A DNA stretch of 64,000 nucleotides from Candidatus Hydrogenedentota bacterium (GCA_045863335.1 BTVY01000007.1:64001-128000), one strand, 5' to 3'. Positions 17,547 through 26,893 are shown, counted from the first letter of the stretch. Numbers and translations: made by a program. Notes: generated by a model from the sequence alone, not told the origin.

Positions 17547-18958
17547 GTTTCGCGAGCATTCAATACGCGGTATTTCTGATCGTCGTCTATGGGCTCTACC
17601 GCCTGCTGTCGCACCGCGGGCAGAACATCATGCTGCTCATCGCCAGCTACGTCTTTTACGGCGCCTGGGACTGGCGGTTCCTGAGCCTCATGCTCATATC
17701 CACGTTTGTGGACTACTTTGTCGGCCTGCGTCTCCGCGACACGGAGAACGTGAGCACCCGGCGTAAGCTGCTCATGGCGTCGCTCGTGGCGAATCTCGGA
17801 ATGCTGGGGGTCTTCAAGTACTTCAATTTCTTCGCCGACTCTTTCGCGGAAATGATGGGCTGGTTTGGATTAACCGTCCACTGGACGACTTTATCCATCG
17901 TGCTGCCCGTCGGCATCTCTTTCTATACGTTCCAGACCCTGAGCTACACCATCGACGTCTACAACCGGAAACTGGAACCGACGGATCGCTTCCTGGATTT
18001 CGCCCTGTTCGTATCGTTCTTTCCCCAGTTGGTGGCGGGACCCATCGAGCGGGCCAGCCACCTTCTTCCGCAAGTGCTGACGAAACGAACCATCACCTGG
18101 GACCAAACCACGCGCGGCCTCTACCTCATCGCCTTTGGACTCTTCAAGAAGGTCGTCATCGCCGACGGCGTCGCGCGGTCGGTAGACGCCATCTACAACG
18201 CCAGCGGAACGGTTACGTGGGCGGACGTTATCCTGGCGACGTATCTCTTCGCGTTGCAGATCTACGGCGACTTCTCGGGATACAGCGACATCGCTCGCGG
18301 CACGGCGAAGCTCCTCGGCTTCGACATCATGACCAACTTCCGCCTCCCCTATTTCGCCACGAACCCCAGCGAGTTCTGGCGGCGCTGGCATATCAGCTTG
18401 TCCACCTGGCTGCGCGACTACCTGTACATCCCCCTCGGCGGCAACAAGAACGGCACGCGGCAGACCTATCGCAACCTGATGACCACGATGGTGCTCGGCG
18501 GGCTTTGGCACGGCGCGGCGTGGAACTTCGTCCTGTGGGGCATCTTCCAGGGCGGGATACTCTGCATTCACCGGCCCTTCGCGAAGCACGAGCCCGAGCC
18601 GAAGACCCTCGGCGCGCACATTGTCCGGGGGATCAAAGCCGCGTTGTTCTTCCAAGTTGTGTGTTACGGTTGGCTGCTCTTCCGCGCGCGGTCCTTCGAG
18701 CAGATCTGGAACTACACCATTACCCTGGTCGCCGATTTTGGCAACCTCGCCACTTCCATTCCCATGCCGCCCTTCGCGACGCTGTTGGGGATACCGCTTC
18801 TCTTCGTCCTCGACCTCATTGAATTCGAAACCGATACGCCCCAGTTCTACCGCCGCTGGATCACCCCGGCGCGGGGACTGTTGTACGCGGCACTACTCTT
18901 TATCTTTCTGATGGGAACCAGCAATGAACCATCCCAATTCATCTACTTCCAGTTCTAG
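17543..18958 (+). CDS. MBOAT O-acyltransferase (AlgI/PatA/DltB family)
   Basis: ISFYTFQTLSY, FFPQLVAGPIER, DFSGYSDIA, FWRRWHISLSTWLRDYLYIPLGG, GLWHG, C-terminal FIYFQF. Confidence 0.95.
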   Translation: MSFASIQYAVFLIVVYGLYRLLSHRGQNIMLLIASYVFYGAWDWRFLSLMLISTFVDYFVGLRLRDTENVSTRRKLLMASLVANLGMLGVFKYFNFFADSFAEMMGWFGLTVHWTTLSIVLPVGISFYTFQTLSYTIDVYNRKLEPTDRFLDFALFVSFFPQLVAGPIERASHLLPQVLTKRTITWDQTTRGLYLIAFGLFKKVVIADGVARSVDAIYNASGTVTWADVILATYLFALQIYGDFSGYSDIARGTAKLLGFDIMTNFRLPYFATNPSEFWRRWHISLSTWLRDYLYIPLGGNKNGTRQTYRNLMTTMVLGGLWHGAAWNFVLWGIFQGGILCIHRPFAKHEPEPKTLGAHIVRGIKAALFFQVVCYGWLLFRARSFEQIWNYTITLVADFGNLATSIPMPPFATLLGIPLLFVLDLIEFETDTPQFYRRWITPARGLLYAALLFIFLMGTSNEPSQFIYFQF

Positions 18959-20078
18959 CCTGCCGCGGAAACGCGTGCGCGACGGAATCCGGGCCTGCGG
19001 CTGGATGATCCTGTTCCTCATCGGAATGGACATTACCGTGAACCTGATGTTCCCCTACCCCGCCGACCCCCAAGCGATGCCCAACTCGTTGGAACGCTAT
19101 TTCGAGTACGGCCGATCGGTTGAGGGCAAACTGCCGCGCATCGTCGGGCCCACCGATGAAACCACCCAGCCCGTTGCCGCGGCCGGTTGGCTGAACCCGG
19201 ACGACTGGAAAGAACAACCCACCGCGGCCGCCAGCGAAGACGGCGTCCTCCTGGCCGTCTACGGCATGTCCTTCGGCGCGGACCTCGGCGAATGGCTCTG
19301 CGCCCACGACGAACGGTTGACCATGCGATTCATCGGCGGCCCCGCGGCCCCGCCCAACTTCGTTTACGCCGCCTACACCATGGACCGGGGCCGGCACGAC
19401 GCGGACGTGGCGGTGCTCGCGATCATGGCGTCCAGCCTACGCGGCATGATGACCCTCACCGGGATGACGGTGAACTTCGAACAGCCCTTTCCCTTCACCT
19501 ATCCCCGGTACTCCGTCGTGGACGGCACTCTGAAAGCCGTGTGGCCGCGCATCCTCTCGCTGCCGGAACTCCGCGACGCCATGGCCGCCCCCGCCGAATG
19601 GGACCTCTTCGTCGACCAGCTCGCGGAACACGACGTGTACTACAGTCCCCTCCTCTTTGAAGGGACCCCTCTCGACCACTCCGCCATCGTGCGCATGTTG
19701 CGGCGCGCCTGGGCCCAACGGCGCAACCTCCGGATCATCCATTCCATCCATGGCCCCGCCGGGTTCGACGAAAACCAACCCCTCGTACCCGCGCTCAACC
19801 TCATGGTCAAGGAATTCGCGCAAACCTGCGAAGCAGACGGCATCGTCCCCATCGTCTACCTCGTCAACGACCGCGGCTACAGCGACCACCTCTTCAAACT
19901 CCTGCAACCCGTCCTCGACGAGAACGACACCACCTACCTCAGCTCCCACCAATTCGCCGACCCCGACAACCCCGCCAACTTCATCGGCGACGGCCACTTC
20001 ACCGATTCCGCCAACAACCAAATCGGCGAAGCGTTCCACGCCTTGCTCGCGCGGGAACTGGGGCCGGATAGCGATTGA
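18924..20078 (+). CDS. SGNH-like acyltransferase partner (AlgJ/PatB/DltD-like)
   Basis: N-terminal TM, YGMSFG (block I-like), C-terminal GDGHF; overlaps the MBOAT 3' end. Confidence 0.7.
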   Translation: MNHPNSSTSSSSLPRKRVRDGIRACGWMILFLIGMDITVNLMFPYPADPQAMPNSLERYFEYGRSVEGKLPRIVGPTDETTQPVAAAGWLNPDDWKEQPTAAASEDGVLLAVYGMSFGADLGEWLCAHDERLTMRFIGGPAAPPNFVYAAYTMDRGRHDADVAVLAIMASSLRGMMTLTGMTVNFEQPFPFTYPRYSVVDGTLKAVWPRILSLPELRDAMAAPAEWDLFVDQLAEHDVYYSPLLFEGTPLDHSAIVRMLRRAWAQRRNLRIIHSIHGPAGFDENQPLVPALNLMVKEFAQTCEADGIVPIVYLVNDRGYSDHLFKLLQPVLDENDTTYLSSHQFADPDNPANFIGDGHFTDSANNQIGEAFHALLARELGPDSD

Positions 20079-20219
20079 CGGCACCATCCAGCGCACTCGC
20101 ACGTGACTAACCGCAGAATCCAAACGCGCCGCTTCGACTCTCCCAAGCACCGAAGAATCCACGCAGATCTTCAATGCTAAGTACACGACGATCGGTGGCG
20201 CCAAACCGCCCCAACGGCA

Positions 20220-20483
20220 GCCCAACGGGCCTGCATACTTACAGTCACGCCACGGCGTGATTGGCGTGCCTTTGGCACGACTACCTGGGGTCACCTGTAC
20301 CCCCAATCTGGCTTCCCCTGAAAGGGGTATACAATACTTCGATCATTGTGCAACGCTTTCAGCGTATTGGTAGATCGGGGCTCCGGCACCCAGGCTAGGC
20401 CCTGCCGGTGGTACGCCGCGCAAGTGCGCGACGTCCCGCCGACCGAGCCAAGCCTGGGCTGCGAGTATGCAGGCCCGTTGGGC
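20220..20483. mobile_element. Non-autonomous palindromic element (long REP/MITE-like)
   Basis: 25-bp terminal inverted repeats (20220-20244 and 20459-20483, 23/25 match) with internal hairpins CCCCTGAAAGGGG and ACGCTTTCAGCGT. Confidence 0.65.
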
Positions 20484-20758
20484 CAGATCGGAGCAGTGAT
20501 TGAGAAGTTGAGGAACTCGTTGTATGCCACGCGATTTGCGCCGAAAAGTGCACTCCCATCTTCCGCCTCGGACGAGGCGACAGACTGTAGTCACGCCGCA
20601 GGCGTGATGGAGCGAAGCGGAACGTTGGGTACCGCCACCGTCCCCTACCGCATAGCCCCCGAACGGCGGCGGTAGATCATCAGGAACGATCATCCCGATC
20701 CCGCTTCACCAGCCTGGCACGAAACGCGCACTACGGCACTGCCAATTCCTCCAGTTAG

Positions 20759-20813
20759 AAACGGGCGAGACGCCCATTCTCCTTGACTCCTAAATCGGTG
20801 AAAATCGGTCCAA
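20759..20813. repeat. REP-like direct repeat, left of TA module
   Basis: AAACGGGCGAGACGCCCATTCTCCTTG...TCCTAAATCGGTGAAAATCGGTCCAA; second copy at 21642-21711. Confidence 0.75.
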
Positions 20814-20935
20814 CTCGCCTCGGCATAGCCTCCGGCGGTGCCACGCCTGCGGCGTGGCGTGGCGCACGGATGGTGAGGGTCACGAGCGGCTAAACCGATT
20901 CACGACTTGTCACGCCTGTGGTTTGCATCGACGGA

Positions 20936-20964
20936 TTGACACCAACAGCCGCTGCTGGTCTAAT
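20936..20964 (+). promoter_or_regulatory. Sigma70-type promoter of TA operon
   Basis: TTGACA-17 nt-TCTAAT with extended TG. Confidence 0.7.
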
Positions 20965-21003
20965 AGAGTTGTCGACCGTTCGCGCCGACAGGTGGAGATG
21001 CTT

Positions 21004-21231
21004 ATGACGTTTGAGCAAATCAAAGCCGAAATCAGCAGATTGCCACTCTCCGAGAAGCTCCTCTTGCTGGAGGATACGTGGGATTCCATCGCCGCGAATT
21101 CCAGCGAATTGCCCGTGCCCGAATGGCAGCGGAAGGAACTCGACAAACGGTATAAAGAGTACCTGGAGGGAGGCGTCGAGTTGCGCGACGCGCAGTCCGT
21201 TCACGAGTCGATCCGCAATAAGTACCGATGA
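21004..21231 (+). CDS. Addiction-module antitoxin (TIGR02574/Unstab_antitox-like)
   Basis: LPLSEKLLLLEDTWDSI...PEWQRKELDKR pattern; GGTGGAG RBS; ATGA overlap with toxin. Confidence 0.88.
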   Translation: MTFEQIKAEISRLPLSEKLLLLEDTWDSIAANSSELPVPEWQRKELDKRYKEYLEGGVELRDAQSVHESIRNKYR

Positions 21232-21509
21232 AGCTGCGGTACACGCCGCGCGCCGCCCATGAACTGGAGGTGGCGGTCGACTGGTATGAGGAGCAGTGCC
21301 CAGGATTGGGCATCGAGTTTCTCGAATCCGTTGAAAGGGTGTTGGCATCGACTCGTGAGAATCCGTGGCTTTACCCGCGCACCCATGACGCTTTTCGCCG
21401 CTGCCTCACACGGCGATTCCCATTCTCCATCCACTTTACAATTGAAGACGATACCATCGTCCTGCATTCGGTTTTCGACAACCGGCGCAGTCCCAACGAT
21501 CTTCCGTGA
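21228..21509 (+). CDS. Type II toxin, RelE/ParE family
   Basis: A..ELEVAVDWYEEQCPGLG.EF, RRCLTRRFPFSI, VLHSVFDNRRSP. Confidence 0.9.
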   Translation: MKLRYTPRAAHELEVAVDWYEEQCPGLGIEFLESVERVLASTRENPWLYPRTHDAFRRCLTRRFPFSIHFTIEDDTIVLHSVFDNRRSPNDLP

Positions 21510-21641
21510 CCGGAAATGGGGAAATTGTTACCTGCGACGAGGGACACCGGAATTCCATTGGTTCACGCTTAAGAACTTTGCTCATGTTCCTGGCGGTTCA
21601 CTTTTCTTCCGTTACGGCCTTGTCCAATCCTTCCGTCACGA

Positions 21642-21711
21642 AAACGGGCGAGACGCCCGTTCTCCTTGTCGCACGTTCTCTTAGGTCCTATATCGGTGAA
21701 AGTCGGTGCAA
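21642..21711. repeat. REP-like direct repeat, right of TA module
   Basis: AAACGGGCGAGACGCCCGTTCTCCTTG (26/27 to left copy)...TCCTATATCGGTGAAAGTCGGTGCAA. Confidence 0.75.
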
Positions 21712-21886
21712 TCGGTGGACTGCCGATACCCCGTCTTCATCTGCGGCAATCTGCGTCATCTGCGGATCGATCCCTGCCGTTGATTGCCACGCCGCCGGTG
21801 TGGACGGTATAGTGCAACGCGGTGGCGATACCCCAGTGTTTCGGTCCGTAGTTTGCAGTGGTAGTCCGCGTTAGAAGGTTCTTTTC

Positions 21887-24124
21887 ATGCCTGTTTCCAA
21901 TATTGCCAAGCTGACCATCAGCGAGTCCGATCTGCGCGGCGCGTTGATTGAATCCGTGCGCGTGTCGAACAGCCCCGGGGCGGTTGCCTACGTGGGCGAC
22001 CGCTGGGGCGCGATACTCCATGAAGCGACGGGGAACCGTCAGCTCGTCCCGGCGCCGGTGAAGGCGGAGGTCAACACGATCTACGATCTGGCGTCGCTCA
22101 CGAAGGTCGTGGCCACCACCACGGCGGTGATGCAGTTGCACGAGGCTGGCAAGATCCAACTCGATCGGCCCGTCTCCGACTACCTGCCGATCCCTGCCTT
22201 CGACGCATTTACCGTACGGCATTGTCTCACCCACAGCGCGGGTCTCGTGCCCGGCCTTCCGTATTACAAGGAATGCAGCTCCATCGACGAGATGCTCCAG
22301 CGCTACGCGGAGGTCCCCCTCAAGTCGCAACCGGGGACGCGGTGGCTGTACTCAGATGTGGGGTTCATGATCCTCGGGCGTATCGTCGAACTGGTGGCAG
22401 CGGATTCGCTGGATGCCTACTGCCGGAAACACATCTTCGAACCGCTCGGGATGGCCGACACCGGCTTCAAGCCCGATACCGCGCGCCGGGCCCGCTGCGC
22501 CGCCACGGAGAACTGTCCCTGGAGAGGCGCCTTGATGGTCGGCGAGGTTCACGACGAGAACGCCTACGCCGCCGGAGGCGTGGCGGGCCATGCCGGGCTT
22601 TTCGGAACCGCCGCGGACCTTGCGACCTTTGTCCGCGCGCTGTTGGCCGGGAAGATCCTGCGTCCGGACACCGTGAGCGAAATGACCCGCGCGCCGCAAA
22701 TCCCCGCGTGGCCCTGGCAGGGGATCGGCTGGCAGTTAGACGGATGGTCGTCGAAGCACAGCGGCTTCCTCACCTCCCGCACAACCATGGGCCACTCGGG
22801 TTGGACCGGCACCAGTCTGTGGATGGACTGGAAACGGGGCCAGTTTGCCATCCTCCTCGGAAACACCTGCCACCCGTCCCGCAGCGCGCGCAACAATGTG
22901 GATTTCCGGCGAGTCTTTCACGCCGCCGTCTCCAAGGCGCTCTACAAGAACACGATCAACACGCACAGTGGGCTCGATCGGTTGCAGCGGGAGGACTTCG
23001 GCGAACTGCGCGGGAAGCGCGTTGCACTCCTCACCCACCATGCCGCCGTCGACCAGTTGGGCCGGCACATCCTCGACGTGTTCGCCCTGGCGCCCGACGT
23101 GCAACTGAAACTGCTCTATAGCCCGGAACACGGCATCAGAGGCCACGCGGAAGCCGGAGAATCCGTGCCCTCAGAGAATGGCGACATCCCGGTCATCAGC
23201 CTGTACGGCGCGCGCAAGGCGCCCACGACCGAAGAACTCCGCGGGATCGACTGGTTCGTCATCGATCTCCAGGATGTCGGCGCGCGGTATTACACCTACG
23301 CGGCAACCATGAAGGACTGCCTGGAGGCCTGCGCGCAGGCCGGGGTCCCGGTGCTGGTACTGGATCGGCCCAACCCGGTAGGCGGCACGATTCTGGAGGG
23401 TCCCATCGCGCTCAACACGGCTTCGCCCGTTTGTTGGGGCGCCGTGCCCATCCGCCATGGGATGACCATGGGCGAGATCGCGCTCCATTTCCAGCGCACC
23501 GAATTCGCGAGCACCAAATTGAGCGTATCCGTCAGCGCCCTCGATAACTGGTTGCCCAGCCGGTTCTTCGACGCCTGCTCCCTGCCCTGGCTCCCGCCGT
23601 CCCCCAATATCCCGGATGCCGGAACGGCCATCCTCTACACCGGCACCTGCCTCTTCGAAGGCACGAACCTCAACGAAGGCCGCGGCACGGAGACACCATT
23701 TGAGATCATCGGCGCGCCGTGGCTGGACAGCTCGGCCGTGCTCGGTATCCTGGATGAGGAGGCCTGTGCCGGTATGCAGTTGGACGCGATCCAATACACG
23801 CCGGTGAGCATCCCCGGCAAGGCATCCAGTCCGCGCTATCAGGACACGTTATGCAACGGCATACGGATCACGCTGTTGGACGCGCACGAAGCCCGGCCCT
23901 TTGCCGCCACGGTCGCATTGATCGCGGCAATTCGCAAGACGCATCCCGCTGAGTTTGCATGGGGACCGAGCTTCGATGTCCTCGCCGGCTCGAATGATCT
24001 CCGAACGCGCATCGAGCAAGGCCAAGGGTGGCGCGAGATTATTGCAGCCTACGCCCCGGGGATCGCGAAATTCGATGCGATACGCCCCAGATTGTACAGT
24101 GATGACGTAGTTGGAATGCCTTAG
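21887..24124 (+). CDS. namZ: Fusion of beta-lactamase-family serine hydrolase (AmiE-like) and DUF1343 exo-beta-N-acetylmuramidase NamZ
   Basis: N-terminal ASLTK (SxxK), YSD, GHSGWTG; C-terminal SPEHG, DLQDVGARYYTY, VLDRPNP, RHGMTMGE, PSPNIP, EGRGT. Confidence 0.88.
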   Translation: MPVSNIAKLTISESDLRGALIESVRVSNSPGAVAYVGDRWGAILHEATGNRQLVPAPVKAEVNTIYDLASLTKVVATTTAVMQLHEAGKIQLDRPVSDYLPIPAFDAFTVRHCLTHSAGLVPGLPYYKECSSIDEMLQRYAEVPLKSQPGTRWLYSDVGFMILGRIVELVAADSLDAYCRKHIFEPLGMADTGFKPDTARRARCAATENCPWRGALMVGEVHDENAYAAGGVAGHAGLFGTAADLATFVRALLAGKILRPDTVSEMTRAPQIPAWPWQGIGWQLDGWSSKHSGFLTSRTTMGHSGWTGTSLWMDWKRGQFAILLGNTCHPSRSARNNVDFRRVFHAAVSKALYKNTINTHSGLDRLQREDFGELRGKRVALLTHHAAVDQLGRHILDVFALAPDVQLKLLYSPEHGIRGHAEAGESVPSENGDIPVISLYGARKAPTTEELRGIDWFVIDLQDVGARYYTYAATMKDCLEACAQAGVPVLVLDRPNPVGGTILEGPIALNTASPVCWGAVPIRHGMTMGEIALHFQRTEFASTKLSVSVSALDNWLPSRFFDACSLPWLPPSPNIPDAGTAILYTGTCLFEGTNLNEGRGTETPFEIIGAPWLDSSAVLGILDEEACAGMQLDAIQYTPVSIPGKASSPRYQDTLCNGIRITLLDAHEARPFAATVALIAAIRKTHPAEFAWGPSFDVLAGSNDLRTRIEQGQGWREIIAAYAPGIAKFDAIRPRLYSDDVVGMP

Positions 24125-24318
24125 GCTACCGGCTGCTCGGCGCGATAGACGACCGTGTAGATGAGGTCCCCCGATCCGGCTCGGCCGCCCGGTTCGTGAC
24201 TTAAGGCGGTCTTTATGGTGACCACGTCAACCTTGTTCTGCAAAACCCATTGGTTGACCGTCTTGTCGAGTTCCGCGGTCTTATCTTCATACCCTTTGAA
24301 GGTTTGAACGAATAGCAT
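24121..24318 (-). CDS. Small protein, Cse60/DUF2758-like
   Basis: Strong AGGAGGAGG RBS; VQTF...ELDKTVNQW...IK...IYTVVY pattern. Confidence 0.65.
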   Translation of the reverse strand: MLFVQTFKGYEDKTAELDKTVNQWVLQNKVDVVTIKTALSHEPGGRAGSGDLIYTVVYRAEQPVA

Positions 24319-24526
24319 CCAGATCCTCCTCCTTTCCCACCGAAGATGAACGCGCCTAGTGTAGCAACCGCACGAGTGGATGCCAAATTGGTTGACCGTG
24401 GCGAATCACTTGCGTAGGCTGGAGTTAGCCCAACAGCGCCGCGCCCGGCGGAAATGGCGCTCGCAGCCCCCGCGTTCCATTAGGTATCGGATCGAGGGCA
24501 ATCGATTCACCACGGAAGGAGGTCCC

Positions 24527-25588
24527 GTGAAAGCAGCCTATATCGAACAGAACGGCGATTTGGACGCCTTGCACGTTGGCGACGTGGCCGATCCAAAACC
24601 GGCCCGCGATGAAGTCGTCATCGAAGTCAAAGCCGCGGCGCTCAATCACCTCGACATCTGGGTCCGCAAGGGCCGTCCCGGTTTGGAGCTTTGCTTTCCC
24701 CACGTGCTCGGATCCGACGCGATGGGAACGGTCGTGGCGCTGGGCAGTGAAGTCGACACTGTGGAAGTGGGTCAGGAGGTCGTCGTCGATCCGGGTCTGT
24801 CCTGCGGTGTGTGCGAATTCTGCCTTCGCGGCGAGCAGAGCGAATGCCTGCACTACGGGATCGTCGGAATGAGCCGTCCCGGAACGTTCGCGGAGCGCGT
24901 CAGCGTACCGGCCACAAATGTGCATCCCTCGCCCAGCCACCTCACGCCGTCAGAGGCGGCGGCACTTCCGCTTGCATACCTCACCGCGTGGCGCATGCTC
25001 ATGACGCGGGGCCAGCTCAAGGCGAGCGATACGGTGCTCATTCACGGCATCGGCGGAGGGGTCGCGTTGGCGGGACTTCAGCTGGCGCGGCTTTCGGGCG
25101 CCGAAGTCATCGTCACGTCCTCTTCCGACGAGAAGCTGCAACGTGCGGCGAAATTGGGGGCCTCGGCGACCATCAATTACTCCAACAATCCCAACGTGGC
25201 CGTCGCCGTCAAAGACTTGACCGGAGGCCGGGGCGTCGATCTCGTACTCGACTCGGTCGGCGCTGCAACGTGGCCGATCAATTTTGGGGCCATCCGGCGA
25301 GGCGGCCGGATCGTCCATTGCGGCGTCACGTCGGGTGCCTCGGCACAGGTGGACATCTCCGCCTTGTATTGGAACCATGTCACCATTCTGGGTTCGACGA
25401 TGGGATCGCGAGAGGAGTTTCGTCAGATGGTGCGCGCGGTGAGCTCCTCCAAGCTGAAACCGGCTGTCGATTCAGTGGTATCCCTCAACGATGCCCGTAC
25501 CGCCATGGGACGAATGGAGCACGGAGAACAGTTCGGGAAGATCGTTCTGGATATCAAAGGGAAATTCGCGGATACGGTTTCGGCCTAG
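24527..25588 (+). CDS. Zinc-binding dehydrogenase/NADPH:quinone reductase (MDR family)
   Basis: ALNHLDIW, PHVLGSD, structural Zn CGVCEFC...C, GIGGGV; GGAGG RBS before GTG 24527. Confidence 0.9.
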   Translation: MKAAYIEQNGDLDALHVGDVADPKPARDEVVIEVKAAALNHLDIWVRKGRPGLELCFPHVLGSDAMGTVVALGSEVDTVEVGQEVVVDPGLSCGVCEFCLRGEQSECLHYGIVGMSRPGTFAERVSVPATNVHPSPSHLTPSEAAALPLAYLTAWRMLMTRGQLKASDTVLIHGIGGGVALAGLQLARLSGAEVIVTSSSDEKLQRAAKLGASATINYSNNPNVAVAVKDLTGGRGVDLVLDSVGAATWPINFGAIRRGGRIVHCGVTSGASAQVDISALYWNHVTILGSTMGSREEFRQMVRAVSSSKLKPAVDSVVSLNDARTAMGRMEHGEQFGKIVLDIKGKFADTVSA

Positions 25589-25598
25589 CGCTTGACGT

Positions 25599-26753
25599 TC
25601 AGGACAGAAGCCGCTTCCGAAGCACCAAGCCTGCGCCAAAGACCGAGGCGATGACTCCGGCCACCCATGTCCGGGGATCGGACCACAGCGTGCCCTTGGC
25701 TGGGGCGGCCACTGGATTCTCGGAAGAATCCGCAACCAGACGGCCCTCCTCCATGGCGTTCGGCTGCGTGGGAGCCAGGCTTGCCATCTGTTGAGCGTCC
25801 TCGCGCCCTTCCGGCCGAAGTCGCCCCAAGGGCGAATGCTGGTCGACAACCGAAGTCTTCACCGCATCGTCGGGCGAGGAAGCCGGAGTCGCCGATTCGG
25901 TCCCGATAGCACCGGCTGCCGGTGGCGATGGCAGCGCGGCTCTCTTTCGCTCAAACTCCTTCGCCATGCGGTTCAACTGCGACAACCGGGACGCAGAATC
26001 CGAAAGCTCTGCTGGCGCTCCGGACCGCGTTACTTGGGGCATCCCGCCGCGTTCGCCGAGTTCAGGACCTTGCGATGGCGAATCGCCGTTCCCGGTGGGG
26101 ACGACGGGGCTGCCCGCCCCCCCCGACGGCACCGGATTCCCGGATCCATCCGCCGGGTCGTCGGCATCGTCGTCCGGCGCGGGGACAGGACCCTCGTCAT
26201 CGGGGACATCGGAACCGCCATCCGGGTCCTCACCTGGCGGCGTGTCCGGGTCTTCTGGGTCCGGATCGTTTGCCGGTGAACCGTTAAGCTCGAAGGTGCT
26301 GCTACTCCCCTGCGAGGCAATTGTCTGTCCGGCCAGGGAAGCCAGGGTTGTGCCGTCAATCGTCAAGTTGGTTTCGGCCGCGCTCGACGTGTCAACACGG
26401 CGGAACGACACCTCGGCGACCTTTCCGGCGTCCATCGTGGACTGATTGAGGCCGAACATCATGACCACATAATTGCCGGGGGAAGTCAGATTGTACTGAA
26501 CGCCCTTTTCGGCGGCGAGGGCGGCCTCGCCCGCCCGAACCCCGTTCGGGGCGAGTATCGCGGGATCGTAGCGCAGCGTGAAATCCAATGCGGCGACACC
26601 ATCTCCGAGGTTCCCATCCAGAAATACGGGAACAGTCACGTTACTGCCGTCTACGGCAGGAGTACCGATTGTAAGAACACCCTCTCCCAAAGCGGGCAGC
26701 ACCGCAAACACAAGGATTAGTGGGAATGTCTTGCTCAGATACGATAGTTGCAT
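25599..26753 (-). CDS. Secreted cohesin-domain protein with Pro/Asp-rich linker and C-terminal membrane anchor
   Basis: Signal peptide, VTVPVFL...ALDFTLRYDPAIL cohesin pattern, DPDPEDPD linker, TM plus RKR tail; start uncertain. Confidence 0.75.
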   Translation of the reverse strand: MQLSYLSKTFPLILVFAVLPALGEGVLTIGTPAVDGSNVTVPVFLDGNLGDGVAALDFTLRYDPAILAPNGVRAGEAALAAEKGVQYNLTSPGNYVVMMFGLNQSTMDAGKVAEVSFRRVDTSSAAETNLTIDGTTLASLAGQTIASQGSSSTFELNGSPANDPDPEDPDTPPGEDPDGGSDVPDDEGPVPAPDDDADDPADGSGNPVPSGGAGSPVVPTGNGDSPSQGPELGERGGMPQVTRSGAPAELSDSASRLSQLNRMAKEFERKRAALPSPPAAGAIGTESATPASSPDDAVKTSVVDQHSPLGRLRPEGREDAQQMASLAPTQPNAMEEGRLVADSSENPVAAPAKGTLWSDPRTWVAGVIASVFGAGLVLRKRLLS

Positions 26754-26893
26754 TTCGAAAGCCCAGAACTGGTAACTCACGATCATAACGTTGCTTAAGA
26801 GAAACGTTTCGTATCGCACACGCGTTGACAGGCCAGAGCAGGCCCCACGCAAAACACAAAACGAACCATCTCAGCCACTTGCAACAAGACGGC

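Noticed and set aside
20100-21800. CRISPR array or integron interpretation of the repeat island
   Set aside because: No regularly spaced identical repeats with unique spacers, no cas or intI gene, and no clear attC core sites.
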